Below the pieces are notes generated by a model. That model worked only from the letters and a program-made list of their open reading frames with translations. It did no database searches and was not told the DNA's origin. A stretch of DNA of 64,000 nt from Macrostomum lignano (Eukaryota), in contig NIVC01000257.1 in the NCBI GenBank assembly GCA_002269645.1, positions 186,001-250,000 on the forward strand, given 5' to 3'. Position 1 is the stretch's first letter. Every line of letters starts with the position of its first letter. Positions 37,201 through 49,371 of the stretch are shown here, in pieces. The translations under genes were made by a program, and so were the position numbers.

Positions 37201-40200
37201 ACCCAAACTGTCTATGACCTAAACTGTCTATGACCCAAATTGTTTAAGACCCAAACTTTCTAATACCCAAACTGTCTATGACCCAAACTTTCTATGACCA
37301 AAACTGTCTATGACCAAAATTGTCTATGATCCAACCTGTCTGATCCGAATCGTCTATGACCCGATCTATCTATGACCCGAAGTATCTATGACCCAAACTG
37401 TCTATGACCGAAACTGTCTATGACCCGAAGTATCTATGACCCGAGGTATCTATGACCCTGAAGTATCTATGACCCTGAAGTATCTATGACCCGATGACCC
37501 AAATTGTTTAAGACCCAAAAAAAACTTGACAAAAAAACTAGCCAAAACAGAAACTGCCCCCCCCCTGTCACAAACAGAAGAGCAAAATTAAAGTTAAATC
37601 ATCGTACCATTCGTAGCCAGACGTTACTTTTCATTATTTGACTCTTCTCCTCCTGAAAGCAGAAATCAGCGGGTTTGAAATATCATATTTCGTATAATAC
37701 ACGAGAACTGACTACTAAAGGGAGGTAATTCTCTCCTGACCATTTTTTGCTGCGCCGGAACTCAGCAATGCAGGCAAACGAAATTCAAGAACACGGCCTA
37801 AAATTTTTGTGCGCACCTTCTCAAACAAGAATCAAGTCGCCAGCCTTCCGGACCGTCGAGATATTCGACGATTCTGCCAGAAGGTCGGGTTTTTCCCATA
37901 AGAGTCTGTATTCAGTACACCCCTGTGCGCCAACCAGCACTGCACCTCAGTGCAGCCTTGCCATGCCTCCAAATTTCATCAGTACGCCGACCACTGACTT
38001 CGTTGGTCACTGGCCTTCACCCAGGCGGAGCTTCAAGACCTTCAACAGGGGGCACCATGTGACTATGGACACCTTGACCTTGACGCGAATTTCTCAAGTT
38101 TCGCTGATCAAGCCTCGACAGCGGGCAAGCCTCAACTGCTGGACATCCTCAGCTAGTTTCTCGAGCATTTAGTCATCACCCGGACGCCGTCGGCACCTTC
38201 AACAGGTGGCACCAGGTGACTATGAAGATCCTGTTGCAACTATATCAGATTTTTCTTATCAAGCTTCAATAATGAGCAAACCTCAACTGCTGGACAACCT
38301 CAGCTAGTCTCTCGAGCATTTAGTCATCACCCGGACGCCGTCGGCACCTTCAACAGGTGGCACCAGGACAGCCTGTTGCAAGTTTCTCCGATGTCTCTGA
38401 TCAAGTCTCGACACTGGGGCTGAATTCTGGCTGAATTGTTGAATATCTCGACGGTCAGGAGGGCTGGCGAGTTGATTCTTGTTTGATAAGATGCGCCAGT
38501 GTCCTTAAACTTCTTGTGCCCGCCTTGGTCCGTTCCCTGACAAGCTTATGACTGGCTCCTCAGTGGTACTCGGGTAGTGTTTATTCCATTATCCAAAGTA
38601 CAATTTGCACTTTTAGAATATTTTACACCCCACCGGGGCAGACCGCACAGCTCACCACATTGATCAGCTGCACCATGGCCAGTCCGAATGCGACTTTGAC
38701 AGTCTGGTTCAGGTCTGCCACCGGCCTGATTAGCCTGTTGTAGCCTTTGTGCTTGAACAGCAGGTTCACCAGCTTCACTTCGTCATCGCTGCCCAGGCCT
38801 GCGAGTGTGCAGTTGTGTTTTTAATGTGAAATTTGGGTTAGGGTTTTGTCTATGGCTATAGTTATGGTTAAGGTTGGGTTATGGCTAGGTTTAGGTTTAG
38901 GTTTAGGTTTAGGCTTAGGTTTAGGTTTGGGTTTAGGTTTAGGTTTAGGTTTAGGTTTAGGTTTAGGTTTAGGTTTAGGTTTGGGTTTAGGTTTGGGTGT
39001 AGGTTTAGGTTTAGGTTTAGGTTTAGGTTTGGGTTTGGGTTTAGGTTTGGGTGTAGGTTTAGGTTTAGGTTTGGGTTTGGGTTTAGGTTTGGTGTAGGTT
39101 TAGGTTTAGGTTTAGGTTTAGGTTTAGGTTTAGGTTTGGGTTTGGGTGTAGGTTTAGGTTTAGGTTTAGGTTTAGGTTTAGGTTTAGGTTTAGGGTTAGG
39201 GTTAGGTCTAGGTCTAGGTCTAGGTCTAGGTTTAGGTTAAGGTTAGGGTTAAGTTTAGGTTTAGAGTTTAGGGCTAGGTTTTCTGGTTTAGGTTAGGTTA
39301 GGTGTAGGGTTGGGTGACTGGACGATATCATCGTTAGGAATCGTTATTTTGTTTAATCGTTAATAATGAACAATACACGATTCATTACCGTGGATGCCAT
39401 TAAAAAGAAGTGTCATGCAGACCGCTATGCTTATTAAATGCATGGTTAAAACGACATAAGAACTCTTGTATGCCTATAGCTGGTCCTTATAATAGTTGGA
39501 TATAACAGTATTGCTATCTAGCCTCATCACATTGATGCTGAATCAGCGAGTCGTGTTGACTTAGGCAAACACAGAAAACACAGGCAGTCTGATAGTCAGG
39601 CAGTGCCTAAGCGGTACAGAGATTTGAGATCGGAAATGTCAATAAGTAATTCGTGTTCTGCATGTAGATGCCCAGAGCACATCACTCAGAAATATCTGAG
39701 CAATAGACTCCATCTCTCCCTGTCTGCCTCAGCTTGTGTGCTTATCTTTTTTTGCTAAGAAAAATTTAACAAAGCAATTAAAAAATTCAGTGCATCGGTG
39801 TCTGACAGGCAAGAGTATCACACGCTTTCATTTCCAATAATTTCAGCCAGACAGTTTATCAAATCGAGAGGTCTTTCGCGAGGCGAATAAGCTTGAAGGT
39901 TAAAAGTACATTTCTAATGTTTCCTCGTCTCGCTTCGTCCGATTTCTGCATGCTTGAAGCACCTGCCGCCCGATGAAATTATTGGTTAATTAGCACTCCC
40001 CTCCCAGAGCGTGGGGAAAATTGATGCGAAAATTGAAGGAAATATGGAGGCAGAAACTGATGTAGGAGAGAGGGACGACAGCGAGGTACAGAATGAGATT
40101 AATGAGGATTTAACTTTTACGATATACGAACAAGGATGAAGAGAGAGGTATGCGGCAGGTAATGAGGCTGGAGAGAGATATGAGGCAGATAATGAGGCTG

Positions 40201-41550
40201 GGGAGAGATATGAGGCAGATATTGAGGCTGGAGAGAGATATGAGGCAGATAATGAGGCTGGGGAGAGATATGAGGCAGCTAATGAGGCTGGGGACAGATT
40301 AGGCAGATAATGAGGCTAGGGAGATATGAGGCAGATAATGAGGCTGGGGACAGATTAGGCAGATAATGAGGCTGGGGAGAGATATGAGGCAGCTAATGAG
40401 GCTGGGGACAGATTCAGCAGATAATGAGGCTAGGGAGATATGAGGCAGATAATGAGGCTGGGGAGAGATATGAGGCAGCTAATGAGGCTGGGGACAGATT
40501 AGGCAGATAATGAGGCTGGGGAGAGATATGAGGCAGCTAATGAGGTTGGAGAGAGATATGAGGCAGATAATGAGGCTGGGGAGAGATATGAGGCAGCTGA
40601 TGAGGCTGGGGACAGATTAGGCAGATAATGAGGCTGGGGAGAGATATGAGGCAGCTAATGAGGCTGGGGACAGATTAAGCAGATAATGAGGCTAGGGAGA
40701 TATGAGGCAGATAATGAGGCTGGGGAGAGATATGAGGCAGCTAATGAGGCTGGGGACAGATTAGGCAGATAATGAGGCTGGGGAGAGATATGAGGCAGCT
40801 AATGAGGTTGGAGAGAGATATGAGGCAGATAATGAGGCTGGGGAGAGATATGAGGCAGCTGATGAGGCTGGGGACAGATTAGGCAGATAATGAGGCTGGG
40901 GAGAGATATGAGGCAGCTAATGAGGTTGGAGAGAGATATGAGGCAGATAATGAGGCTTTCTCCAATGGTTCAAATTTCTTTCTTCTTAATCTTTCCAGAA
41001 AATTTCACCGAAAGATTTTTATTTTGGAAGATTTACGAGATTCATAAGTCAAGAAAACACCGGAACAGCAGATAAATCTCCAGGAATGACGTCATGTTAC
41101 TGAATAAAGTTGAAACAAATGTGCGAATAGGATTCACTGATGAATATCAAGGAGCTTTGACTGGTGAATCAGCAGTTGGGGAGGGTGGATTAACAGCCAA
41201 CGCAGGTAGATCAGCAGCCAGCAAAGGTGAATTATCAGCTGAGCACAGATAGATTATCAGCTGAGTACATGTGGATTATCAGATAAGCACAAGTGGATTA
41301 TCAGCTAAGCACAGGTGGATTATCAGCTAAGTACAGGTGGATTATCAGCTAAGCAAAGGTGGATTATCAGCTAAGCGCAGGTGGATTATCAGCTAAGCGC
41401 AGGTGGATTATCAGCCAAGCGCAGGTGGATTATCAGCCAAGCGCAGGTGAACTTACCGCTTTCTCGCACCTGCAGCGACAGCCGCACGCAGAAGCAGGCG
41501 GCGATCAGGCAGCTGGCAAGCCGTGGTGTCGGCAACGGCGCCCACCTCAT
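34229..41550 (-). CDS. nAChRbeta1: Nicotinic acetylcholine receptor non-alpha (beta1-like) subunit, paralog B, 547 aa; exons 41550..41457, 38798..38656, 37652..37608, 36888..36779, 36690..36510, 35966..35067, 34399..34229
   Basis: Same motifs and intron positions/phases as paralog A (internal exons 143, 45, 110 and 181 bp); no loop-C CC. Confidence 0.95.
34425..35050. repeat. 16-bp minisatellite (CTGTCTATGACCC(A/G)AA), nAChR-B intron 6
   Basis: Directly visible tandem units. Confidence 0.95.
36010..36300. repeat. Degenerate ~16-bp repeat (GATCCCAATGATCTAA), nAChR-B intron 5
   Basis: Visible degenerate units. Confidence 0.8.
36925..37520. repeat. 16-bp minisatellite (CTGTCTATGACCCAAA), nAChR-B intron 3; same family as 34425-35050
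   Basis: Directly visible tandem units. Confidence 0.95.
38835..39310. repeat. Telomere-like hexamer (TTTAGG)n with TTTGGG/TTAGGG/TCTAGG variants, nAChR-B intron 1
   Basis: Directly visible. Confidence 0.95.
40140..40955. repeat. ~28-31-bp minisatellite (GAGATATGAGGCAGATAATGAGGCTGGGGA), nAChR-B intron 1
   Basis: Directly visible tandem units. Confidence 0.9.
41215..41450. repeat. 21-bp minisatellite (CAGGTGGATTATCAGCTAAGC-like) abutting the nAChR-B exon 1 donor
   Basis: Directly visible tandem units. Confidence 0.85.
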
Positions 41551-42374
41551 GGCGAGCGAGTTGGGAAGCTTGCGGCAAACCGTCAGAGCCGGAGGAGGCG
41601 GCAGACTTGATGAGGCAAATCGCTAATAACCATGCTCCAGACTATGGCTGCCTCTCCGCTTCATTTTGCTACTTTTTCAGGTGAGGAAACTGGAACACAG
41701 TCTGCGGCACTTCAAACTGCAGAGCTGGCCGGGGTGTTTAGGTGTGGTGAGGGTGGAGACTGCTTGAGGGATGAAGCAGAGAAACTGTATTTGTGTGAAT
41801 TAAGCCGGCTGGCTGAGGCGGGAGGGGCTGTGGGGGTGGGGGCTGCTGGGATCTGCGTGTGTAATGGAGGGGGGCTCGGCCGAGTTTCACAGCGAAGGGA
41901 TGAGGAAGCCGGGAAGGGAGATTGACCCCTGGCCGTGAGCCCGCGCGTGCTCCATCTTCATCATAAGCAGAATCCCAGGATTCCCCAATCCCATGCCCTG
42001 CAGCAGCTTTCTCTTGCTTCCTCGTCCTTTGCTGCTTTTGCACCAGCCTCCTCCCGTCTCCTAGCAGGTCAGTTGGACCGCTCGTCTCCTTCCGTGGACT
42101 CTCCTCTGCACTGCCCCCGCCTGCACTGTACTGGGCGCTGCGACGTCTCCTATTGGAGGGCGACATCGCATCAATCCGCCCTCATCCTGGTGGAATATTC
42201 AGGCTCTTCAGGGCTGCAGGCCTCAACCCATCCCACCCCCAGGGCTGTCCATCTCCGTCGCCTTCTCTGGCAGGGTGGGGCTGGTCGGTCACTCTCTGTT
42301 TTTCTCTCTCGCCCTCGCCCTCTTCTCCCTCTTCGTTGCTCTGCTTTTTTTTTCCTATTCTACTACTTACTATG

Positions 42375-45300
42375 TTGTCCTTGTCTGTCAGTGTCTGTTG
42401 TCCTTGTGTCTGTCAGTGTCTTGTAGTGTGAGCATCTTTTGCGATAGTTGTCCTTGTGTCTGTCAGTGTCTGTTGTCCTTGTGTGTGTCAGTGTCTGTTG
42501 TTTTTGTGTCTGTCAGTGTCTGTTGTCCTTGTCTATCAGTGTCTGTTGTCCTTGTGTGTGTCAGTGTCTGTTGTCCTTGTGTGTGTCAGTGTCTGTTGTC
42601 CTTGTGTGTCAGTGTCTGTTGTCCTTGTGTGTCAGTGTCTGTTGTCCTTGTGTGTGTCAGTGTCTGTTGTCCTTGTCTGTCAGTGTCTGTTGTCCTTGTG
42701 TGTGTCAGTGTCTGTTGTCCTTGTCTGTCAGTGTCTGTTGTCCTTGTGTGTCAGTGTCTGTTGTCCTTGTGTGTGTCAGTGTCTGTTGTCCTTGTGTGTC
42801 AGTGTCTGTTGTCCTTGTGTGTGTCAGTGTCTGTTGTCCTTGTCTGTCAGTGTCTGTTGTCCTTGTCTGTCAGTGTCTGTTGTCCTTGTGTGTCAGTGTC
42901 TGTTGTCCTTGTGTGTGTCAGTGTCTGTTGTCCTTGTCTGTCAGTGTCTGTTGTCCTTGTCTGTCAGTGTCTGTTGTCCTTGTGTGTCAGTGTCTGTTGT
43001 CCTTGTGTGTGTCAGTGTCTGTTGTCCTTGTCTGTCAGTGTCTGTTGTCCTTGTGTGTCAGTGTCTGTTGTCCTTGTGTGTCAGTGTCTGTTGTCCTTGT
43101 GTGTGTCAGTGTCTGTTGTCCTTGTGTGTCAGTGTCTGTTGTCCTTGTGTGTCAGTGTCTGTTGTCCTTGTGTGTGTGTCAGTGTCTGTTGTCCTTGTGT
43201 GTGTGTCAGTGTCTGTTGTCCTTGTGTCTGTCAGTGTCTGTTGTCCTTGTGTCTGTCAGTGTCTGTTGTCCTTGTGTGTGTCAGTGTCTGTTGTCCTTGT
43301 GTGTGTCAGTGTCTGTTGTCCTTGTGTGTGTCAGTGTCTGTTGTCCTTGTGTGTGTGTCAGTGTCTGTTGTCCTTGTGTGTATCAGTGTCTGTTGTCCTT
43401 GTGTGTGTCAGTGTGTGTTGTCCTTGTGTGTGTCAGTGTCTATTGTCCTTGTGTGTGTGTCAGTGTCTGTTGTCCTTGTGTCTGTCAGTGTCTGTTGTCC
43501 TTGTGTCTGTCAGTGTCTTTTGTCCTTGTGTGTGTCAGTGTCTGTTGTCCTTGTCTGTCAGTGTCTGTTGTCCTTGTCTGTCAGTGTCTGTTGTCCTTGT
43601 CTGTCAGTGTCTGTTGTCCTTGTGTGTCAGTGTCTGTTGTCCTTGTGTGTCAGTGTCTGTTGTCCTTGTGTGTCAGTGTCTGTTGTCCTTGTGTCTGTCA
43701 GTGTCTGTTGTCCTTGTCTGTCAGTGTCTGTTGTCCTTGTCTATCAGTGTCTGTTGTCCTTGTGTGTGTCAGTGTCTGTTGTCCTTGTCTATCAGTGTCT
43801 GTTGTCCTTGTGTGTGTCAGTGTCTGTTTTCCTTGTGTGTCTCAGTGTCTGTTTTCCTTGTCTGTCAGTGTCTGTTGTCCTTGTCTGTCAGTGTCTGTTG
43901 TCCTTGTCTGTCAGTGTCTGTTGTCCTTGTCTGTCAGTGTCTGTTGTCCTTGTCTGTCAGTGTCTGTTGTCCTTGTGTGTCAGTGTCTGTTGTCCTTGTC
44001 TGTCAGTGTCTGTTGTCCTTGTGTGTCAGTGTCTGTTGTCCTTGTCTATCAGTGTCTGTTGTCCTTGTGTGTGTCAGTGTCTGTTGTCCTTGTGTGTGTC
44101 AGTGTCTGTTGTCCTTGTCTATCAGTGTCTGTTGTCCTTGTGTGTGTCAGTGTCTGTTGTCCTTGTGTGTGTCAGTGTCTGTTTTCCTTGTGTGTCTCAG
44201 TGTCTGTTTTCCTTGTGTGTCTCAGTGTCTGTTGTCCTTGTCTGTGTCAGTGTCTGTTTTCCTTGTCTGTCAGTGTCTGTTGTCCTTGTCTGTCAGTGTC
44301 TGTTGTCCTTGTCTGTGTCAGTGTCTGTTTTCCTTGTCTGTCAGTGTCTGTTGTCCTTGTCTATCAGTGTCTGTTGTCCTTGTCTATCAGTGTCTGTTGT
44401 CCTTGTCTGTCAGTGTCTGTTGTCCTTGTGTGTGTCAGTGTCTGTTGTCCTTGTCTGTCAGTGTCTGTTGTCCTTGTGTCTGTCAATGTCTGTTGTCCTT
44501 GTGTGTGTCAGTGTCTGTTGTTCTTGTGTCTGTCAGTGTCTGTTGTCCTTGTCTATCAGTGTCTGTTGTCCTTGTGTGTGTCAGTGTCTGTTGTCCTTGT
44601 TTGTGTCAGTGTCTGTTTTCCTTGTGTGTCTCAGTGTCTGTTTTCCTTGTGTGTCTCAGTGTCTGTTGTCCTTGTCTGTGTCAGTGTCTGTTTTCCTTGT
44701 GTGTCTCAGTGTCTGTTGTCCTTGTGTGTGTCAGTGTCTGTTGTCCTTGTGTGTGTGTCAGTGTTTGTTGTCCTTGTGTGTGTCAGTGTCAGTTGTCCTT
44801 GACTGTCAGTGTCGGTTGTCCTTGTGTGTGTCAGTGTCTGTTGTCCTTGTCTGTCAGTGTCTGTTGTCCTTGTCTGTCAGTCTCGGTGTCCTTGTGTGTG
44901 TCAGTTTCTGTTGTCCTTATCTGTCAGTGTCTCTTGTCCTTATATGTCAGTGCCTGTTGTCCTTGTGTCGGTCAGTGTCTGTTGTCCTTGTGTGTGTCAG
45001 TGTCTGTTGTCCTTGTGTGTGTCAGTGTCTGTTGTTCTTGTGTCTGTCAGTGTCTGTTGTCCTTGTCTATTAGTGTCTGTTGTCCTTATGTGTGTCAGTG
45101 TCTGTTGTCCTTGTGTGTGTCAGTGTCTGTTTTCCTTGTGTGTCTCAGTGTTTGTTGTCCTTGTCTGTCAGTGTCTGTTGTCCTCGTGTGTGTGTCAGTG
45201 TCTGTTGTCCTTGTGTGTGTCAGTGTCTGTTGTCCTTGTGTGTGTCAGTGTCTGTTGTCCTTGTGTGTGTCAGAGTCTGTTGTCCTTGTTTGTGTCAGTG

Positions 45301-46072
45301 TCTGTTGTCCTTGTCGGTCAGTGTCGGTTGTCCTTGTGTGTGTCAGTGTCTGTTGTCCTTGTCTGTCAGTGTCTGTTGTCCTTGTCTGTCAGTGTCTGTT
45401 GTCCTTGTGTGTGTCAGAGTCTGTTGTCCTTGTTTGTGTCAGTGTCTGTTGTCCTTGTGTGTGTCAGAGTCTGTTGTCCTTGTTTGTGTCAGTGTCTGTT
45501 GTCCTTGTCGGTCAGTGTCGGTTGTCCTTGTGTGTGTCAGTGTCTGTTGTCCTTGTCTGTCAGTGTCTGTTGTCCTTGTCTGTCAGTGTCTGTTGTCCTT
45601 GTGTGTGTCAGAGTCTGTTGTCCTTGTTTGTGTCAGTGTCTGTTGTCCTTGTCTGTCAGTGTCGGTTGTCCTTGTGTGTGTCAGTGTCTGTTTTCCTTGT
45701 GTGTGTCAGTGTCTGTTGTCCTTGTCTGTCAGTGTCTGTTGCCCTTGTCTGTCAGTGTCTGTTGTCCTTGTCTATCAGTGTCTGTTGTCCTTGTCTGTCA
45801 GTGTCTGTTGTCCTTGTCTGTCAGTGTCTGTTGTCCTTGTCTGTCAGTGTCTGTTGTCCTTGTCTGTCAGTGTCTGTTGTCCTTGTCTGTCAGTGTCTGT
45901 TGTCCTTGTCTATCAGTGTCTGTTGTCCTTGTCTATCAGTGTCTGTTGTCCTTGTCTGTCAGTGTCTGTTGTCCTTGTGTGTGTCAGTGTCTGTTGTCCT
46001 TGTCTGTCAGTGTCTGTTGTCCTTGTGTCTGTCAATGTCTGTTGTCCTTGTGTGTGTCAGTGTCTGTTGTCT
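42375..46072. repeat. 3.7-kb minisatellite, 23-29-bp unit (GTCAGTGTCTGTTGTCCTT + variable (GT)n/GTCT)
   Basis: Directly visible; explains the 1225-aa and other Cys/Val-rich pseudo-ORFs. Confidence 0.97.
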
Positions 46073-46604
46073 ATTTATACCTCTTTCAGTCGGTTCTCAT
46101 CCCCAGCGGATTGTGCCTCAGGGACATTGCTAACAGCCAGATGGGCCGCTGGTCAGTGGTACGTGCACTCGAGTCTGTCCGTGCTTGGCATGCATCATTT
46201 TTAGAATTTCGTCTGTCAATTTTTCTTACTTGGGATTTTTTCCTCAACAGCCCCCCCCACCCCCAGCCGGACGGATTATCAGTGCGGCAGAAGGACTTCC
46301 CTCACTAGGTAGCCAGTCCTTAGCAGCCTTATAAAGTCCACCAGCTGACAGACTGAGATAATGGCTGCCTCAGCGGGGGCTCCCTGCGGGGCCGATGGTT
46401 GAGATGAAATAAAAAAATTACGCCGCACAGCACATGGCTGCGGTAGTGGCGCCAGTTCACGCGGTGCAGTGAATACAAATTGATGAGAATGAAAACCGAG
46501 GCTTCACTTCAGGGAGCCATTTGAATCTCTTCTGGCTAGGTTGAGGACTGCCGGTGGATGATTCGGTAAAGTGCACATCCACTGGGCGCCTTTTATGGTG
46601 CACT

Positions 46605-46985
46605 GATGCAGGCTAGATTAGCAATCCATTCTATTCCTTCATCATTGATGTAGGCTAGATTAGCAATCCATTCTATTCCTTCATCATTGATGTAGGCTAG
46701 ATTAGCAATCCATTCTATTCCTTCATTATTGATGTAGGCTAGATTAGCAATCCATTCTATTCCTTTATCATTGATGTAGGCTAGATTAGCAATCCATTCT
46801 ATTCCTTCATTATTGATGTAGGCTAGATTAGCAATCCATTCTATTCCTTCATCATTGATGTAGGCTAGATTAGCAATCCATTCTATTCCTTCATTATTGA
46901 TGTAGGCTAGATTAGCAATCCATTCTATTCCTTCATTATTGATGTAGGCTAGATTAGCAATCCAAGCAGGCTAGATTAGCAATCC
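46605..46985. repeat. 42-bp minisatellite (GATGTAGGCTAGATTAGCAATCCATTCTATTCCTTCATCATT); left arm of inverted pair B
   Basis: Reverse complement of the 50460-51583 unit plus a 3-bp insertion. Confidence 0.95.
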
Positions 46986-47474
46986 AAGCAACCAACCCCC
47001 AGCACTCCATATGGCCAGCCGATCTCTTAGCAGCCAAACATTTCTCCTTCCAGGCAGAAATACGCGAAACAGTTGAAGAGAATTCCTCTCAGAGTTTGCA
47101 CCGCAGTCCTTGAATCCAGCTCGGGCTCACAGTGAATCCCTCGGGACCGAATAGGAGTGATGGAAGGCGCGCAGCCTCGCAGACTCCGCAGGCCGCTTTC
47201 AGCTCGTCTGTGACAAGCCCGACAGAATTAAATTTGTCCCCCCCTCACTCGAACTCGCACAAGCACAAAAACTGACGCCCTGGCATCATTAGGCGGCCCG
47301 GCGTCTGGGCAAATCAATGAAATCAATGACCGGGAGGGGGCCGGGGTGGCTGCGGCGGAAGCCGGCCCAGCTTCCCTGTCCCTGCTAGAGCTGGGAGTTT
47401 TCCTCTCTCCAGTGCCTCTCTCTGTCTGAGGGTCTCCGTCTGATCTTGAAACCGGAAATGTGTTTGCGTCTCTT

Positions 47475-48185
47475 CTCAGTGACTCTCCTTCAGTGACTCT
47501 CCTTGTCTTCTCAGTGACTCTCCTTCAGTGACTCTCCTAGTCTTCTCAGTGACTGTCCTTCAGTGACTCTCCTTCAGTGACTCTCCTTAAGTGACTCTCC
47601 TTCAGTGACTCTCCTTGTCTTCTCAGTGACTCTCCTTTAGTGACTCTCCTTGTCTTCTCAGTGACTCTCCTTTAGTGACTCTCCTTGTCTTCTCAGTGAC
47701 TGTCCTTCAGTGACTCTCCTTGTCTTCTCAGTGACTGTCCTTCAGTGACTCTCCTTGTCTTCTCAGTGACTCTCCTTCAGTGACTCTCCTTGTCTTCTCA
47801 GTGACTCTCCTTCAGTGACTCTCCTTCAGTGACTCTCCTTGTCTTCTCAGTGACTCTCCTTCAGGGACTCTCCTTGTCTTCTCAGTGACTGTCCTTCAGT
47901 GACTCTCCTTAAGTGACTCTCCTTCAGTGACTCTCCTTGTCTTCTCAGTGACTCTCCTTCAGTGACTCTCCTTGTCTTCTCAGTGACTCTCCTTTAGTGA
48001 CTCTCCTTGTCTTCTCAGTGACTCTCCTTTAGTGACTCTCCTAATCTTCTCAGTGACTCTCCTAGTCTTCTCATTGACTCTTCTAATCTTCTCAGTGACT
48101 CTCCTAATCTTCTCAGTGACCCTCTTAATCTTCTCAGTGACCCTCCTAATCTTCTCAGTGACCCTCCCAGTCCTCCCAGTGACCC
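47475..48185. repeat. 14/19-bp composite minisatellite (CAGTGACTCTCCTT / ...GTCTTCT)
   Basis: Directly visible tandem units. Confidence 0.9.
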
Positions 48186-48847
48186 TCCGTTTCTTCTCTC
48201 ATAGTTTCTCTCATCCTCCATAAAAAATCTTTCCCTTTGCTGCTGCTGCAAGCAGGAAGCTTCTCCTCCCAGTTTGAGCTTTCCCGTGGCATTGAACTTT
48301 CGAAATCCCCTCTTTCAACTCAACCCCAACCCCTCTCTTCGTCCAACGCGTCCAGCCTCATGCAGTCCTGCCTCATCAGGCGCATTGATTATACACCATC
48401 CTCCCAGCCGGACCCCCCTCCTTGCCCCGCCCAAGTTGCTGGGAAGTGCACAACAAGCTCCTCAGCGGTAGCTGGCCTTGGGAATGATGCAGCAAGGCAG
48501 CCATTGGGTTTTTTGCCAGCATCGATTTGCGCCCGGTCTGTACTAATTACCTGTCACGCCTCGGAGCTGGCCTGAGTGCAATCTCATCTACTCCCTCTCC
48601 TTCCCTCCCTCTCTCGCTCTCCCTCTCTCGTCGGTTTTGCCAAAGTCTTAGTAGTTCAAAGTGCTGCAGGACAAAAGGCGCCTGGCTCTGCTAGCGGAGG
48701 TTCGAATGTGGAAATCTAATCAGCTTGGCGGTGGCAAAGAGGGGCGGCGAATGTCGATTATTCAAAGCCCGCTCCGACACGCTAAGACGCAATTCGAGCT
48801 CCGATCGAAAGAATGAGTTGGGCTCGGAGTGCGTGCCGCGGGTTGGG

Positions 48848-49365
48848 ATTGGCGCCATTAGGACTTAGTGGGCGCCAATTAGGATTTAGTGGGCGCCAAT
48901 TAGCATTAGTGGGCGCCAATTAGGATTTAGTGGGCGCCAATTAGGATTTAGTGGGCGCCAATTAGGATTTAGTGGGCGCCAATTAGCATTTAGTGGGCGC
49001 CAATTAGCATTTAGTGGGCGCCAATTAGCATTTAGTGGGCGCCAATTAGGATTTAGTGAGCGCCAATAAGGATTTAGTGAACGCCAATTAGAATTAGTGG
49101 GCGCCAATTAGGATTTAGTGGGCCCCAATTAGCATTTAGTGGGCGCCAATTAGCATTTAGTGGGCGCCAATTAGCATTTAGTGCGCGCCAATTAGCATTT
49201 AGTGGGCGTCAATTAGAATTTAGTGGGCGCCAATTAGCATTTAGTGGGCGACAATTAGCATTAGTGGGCGCCAATTAGCATTTAGTGGGCGCCAAAAAGC
49301 ATTAAGTGGGCGCCAATTGGCATATAGTGGGCGTCAATTAGAATTTAGTGGGCGCCAATTAGGTC
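48848..49365. repeat. 21-bp minisatellite (TAGTGGGCGCCAATTAGCATT)
   Basis: Directly visible tandem units. Confidence 0.95.
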
Positions 49366-49371
49366 TTTGAT

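Noticed and set aside
46090-46158. 69-bp plus-strand segment flanked by tttcag and gtacgt
   Set aside because: Isolated, with no recognisable product or partner exons
42275-46308. Very long ORFs (up to 1225 aa, Cys/Val-rich)
   Set aside because: They are translations of the 23-29-bp minisatellite, open in several frames, with no coding signature
13350-49365. Shared GGCGCC core between the 41-bp (13350) and 21-bp (48848) arrays
   Set aside because: Only a 6-7-bp palindrome in common; chance similarity is likely
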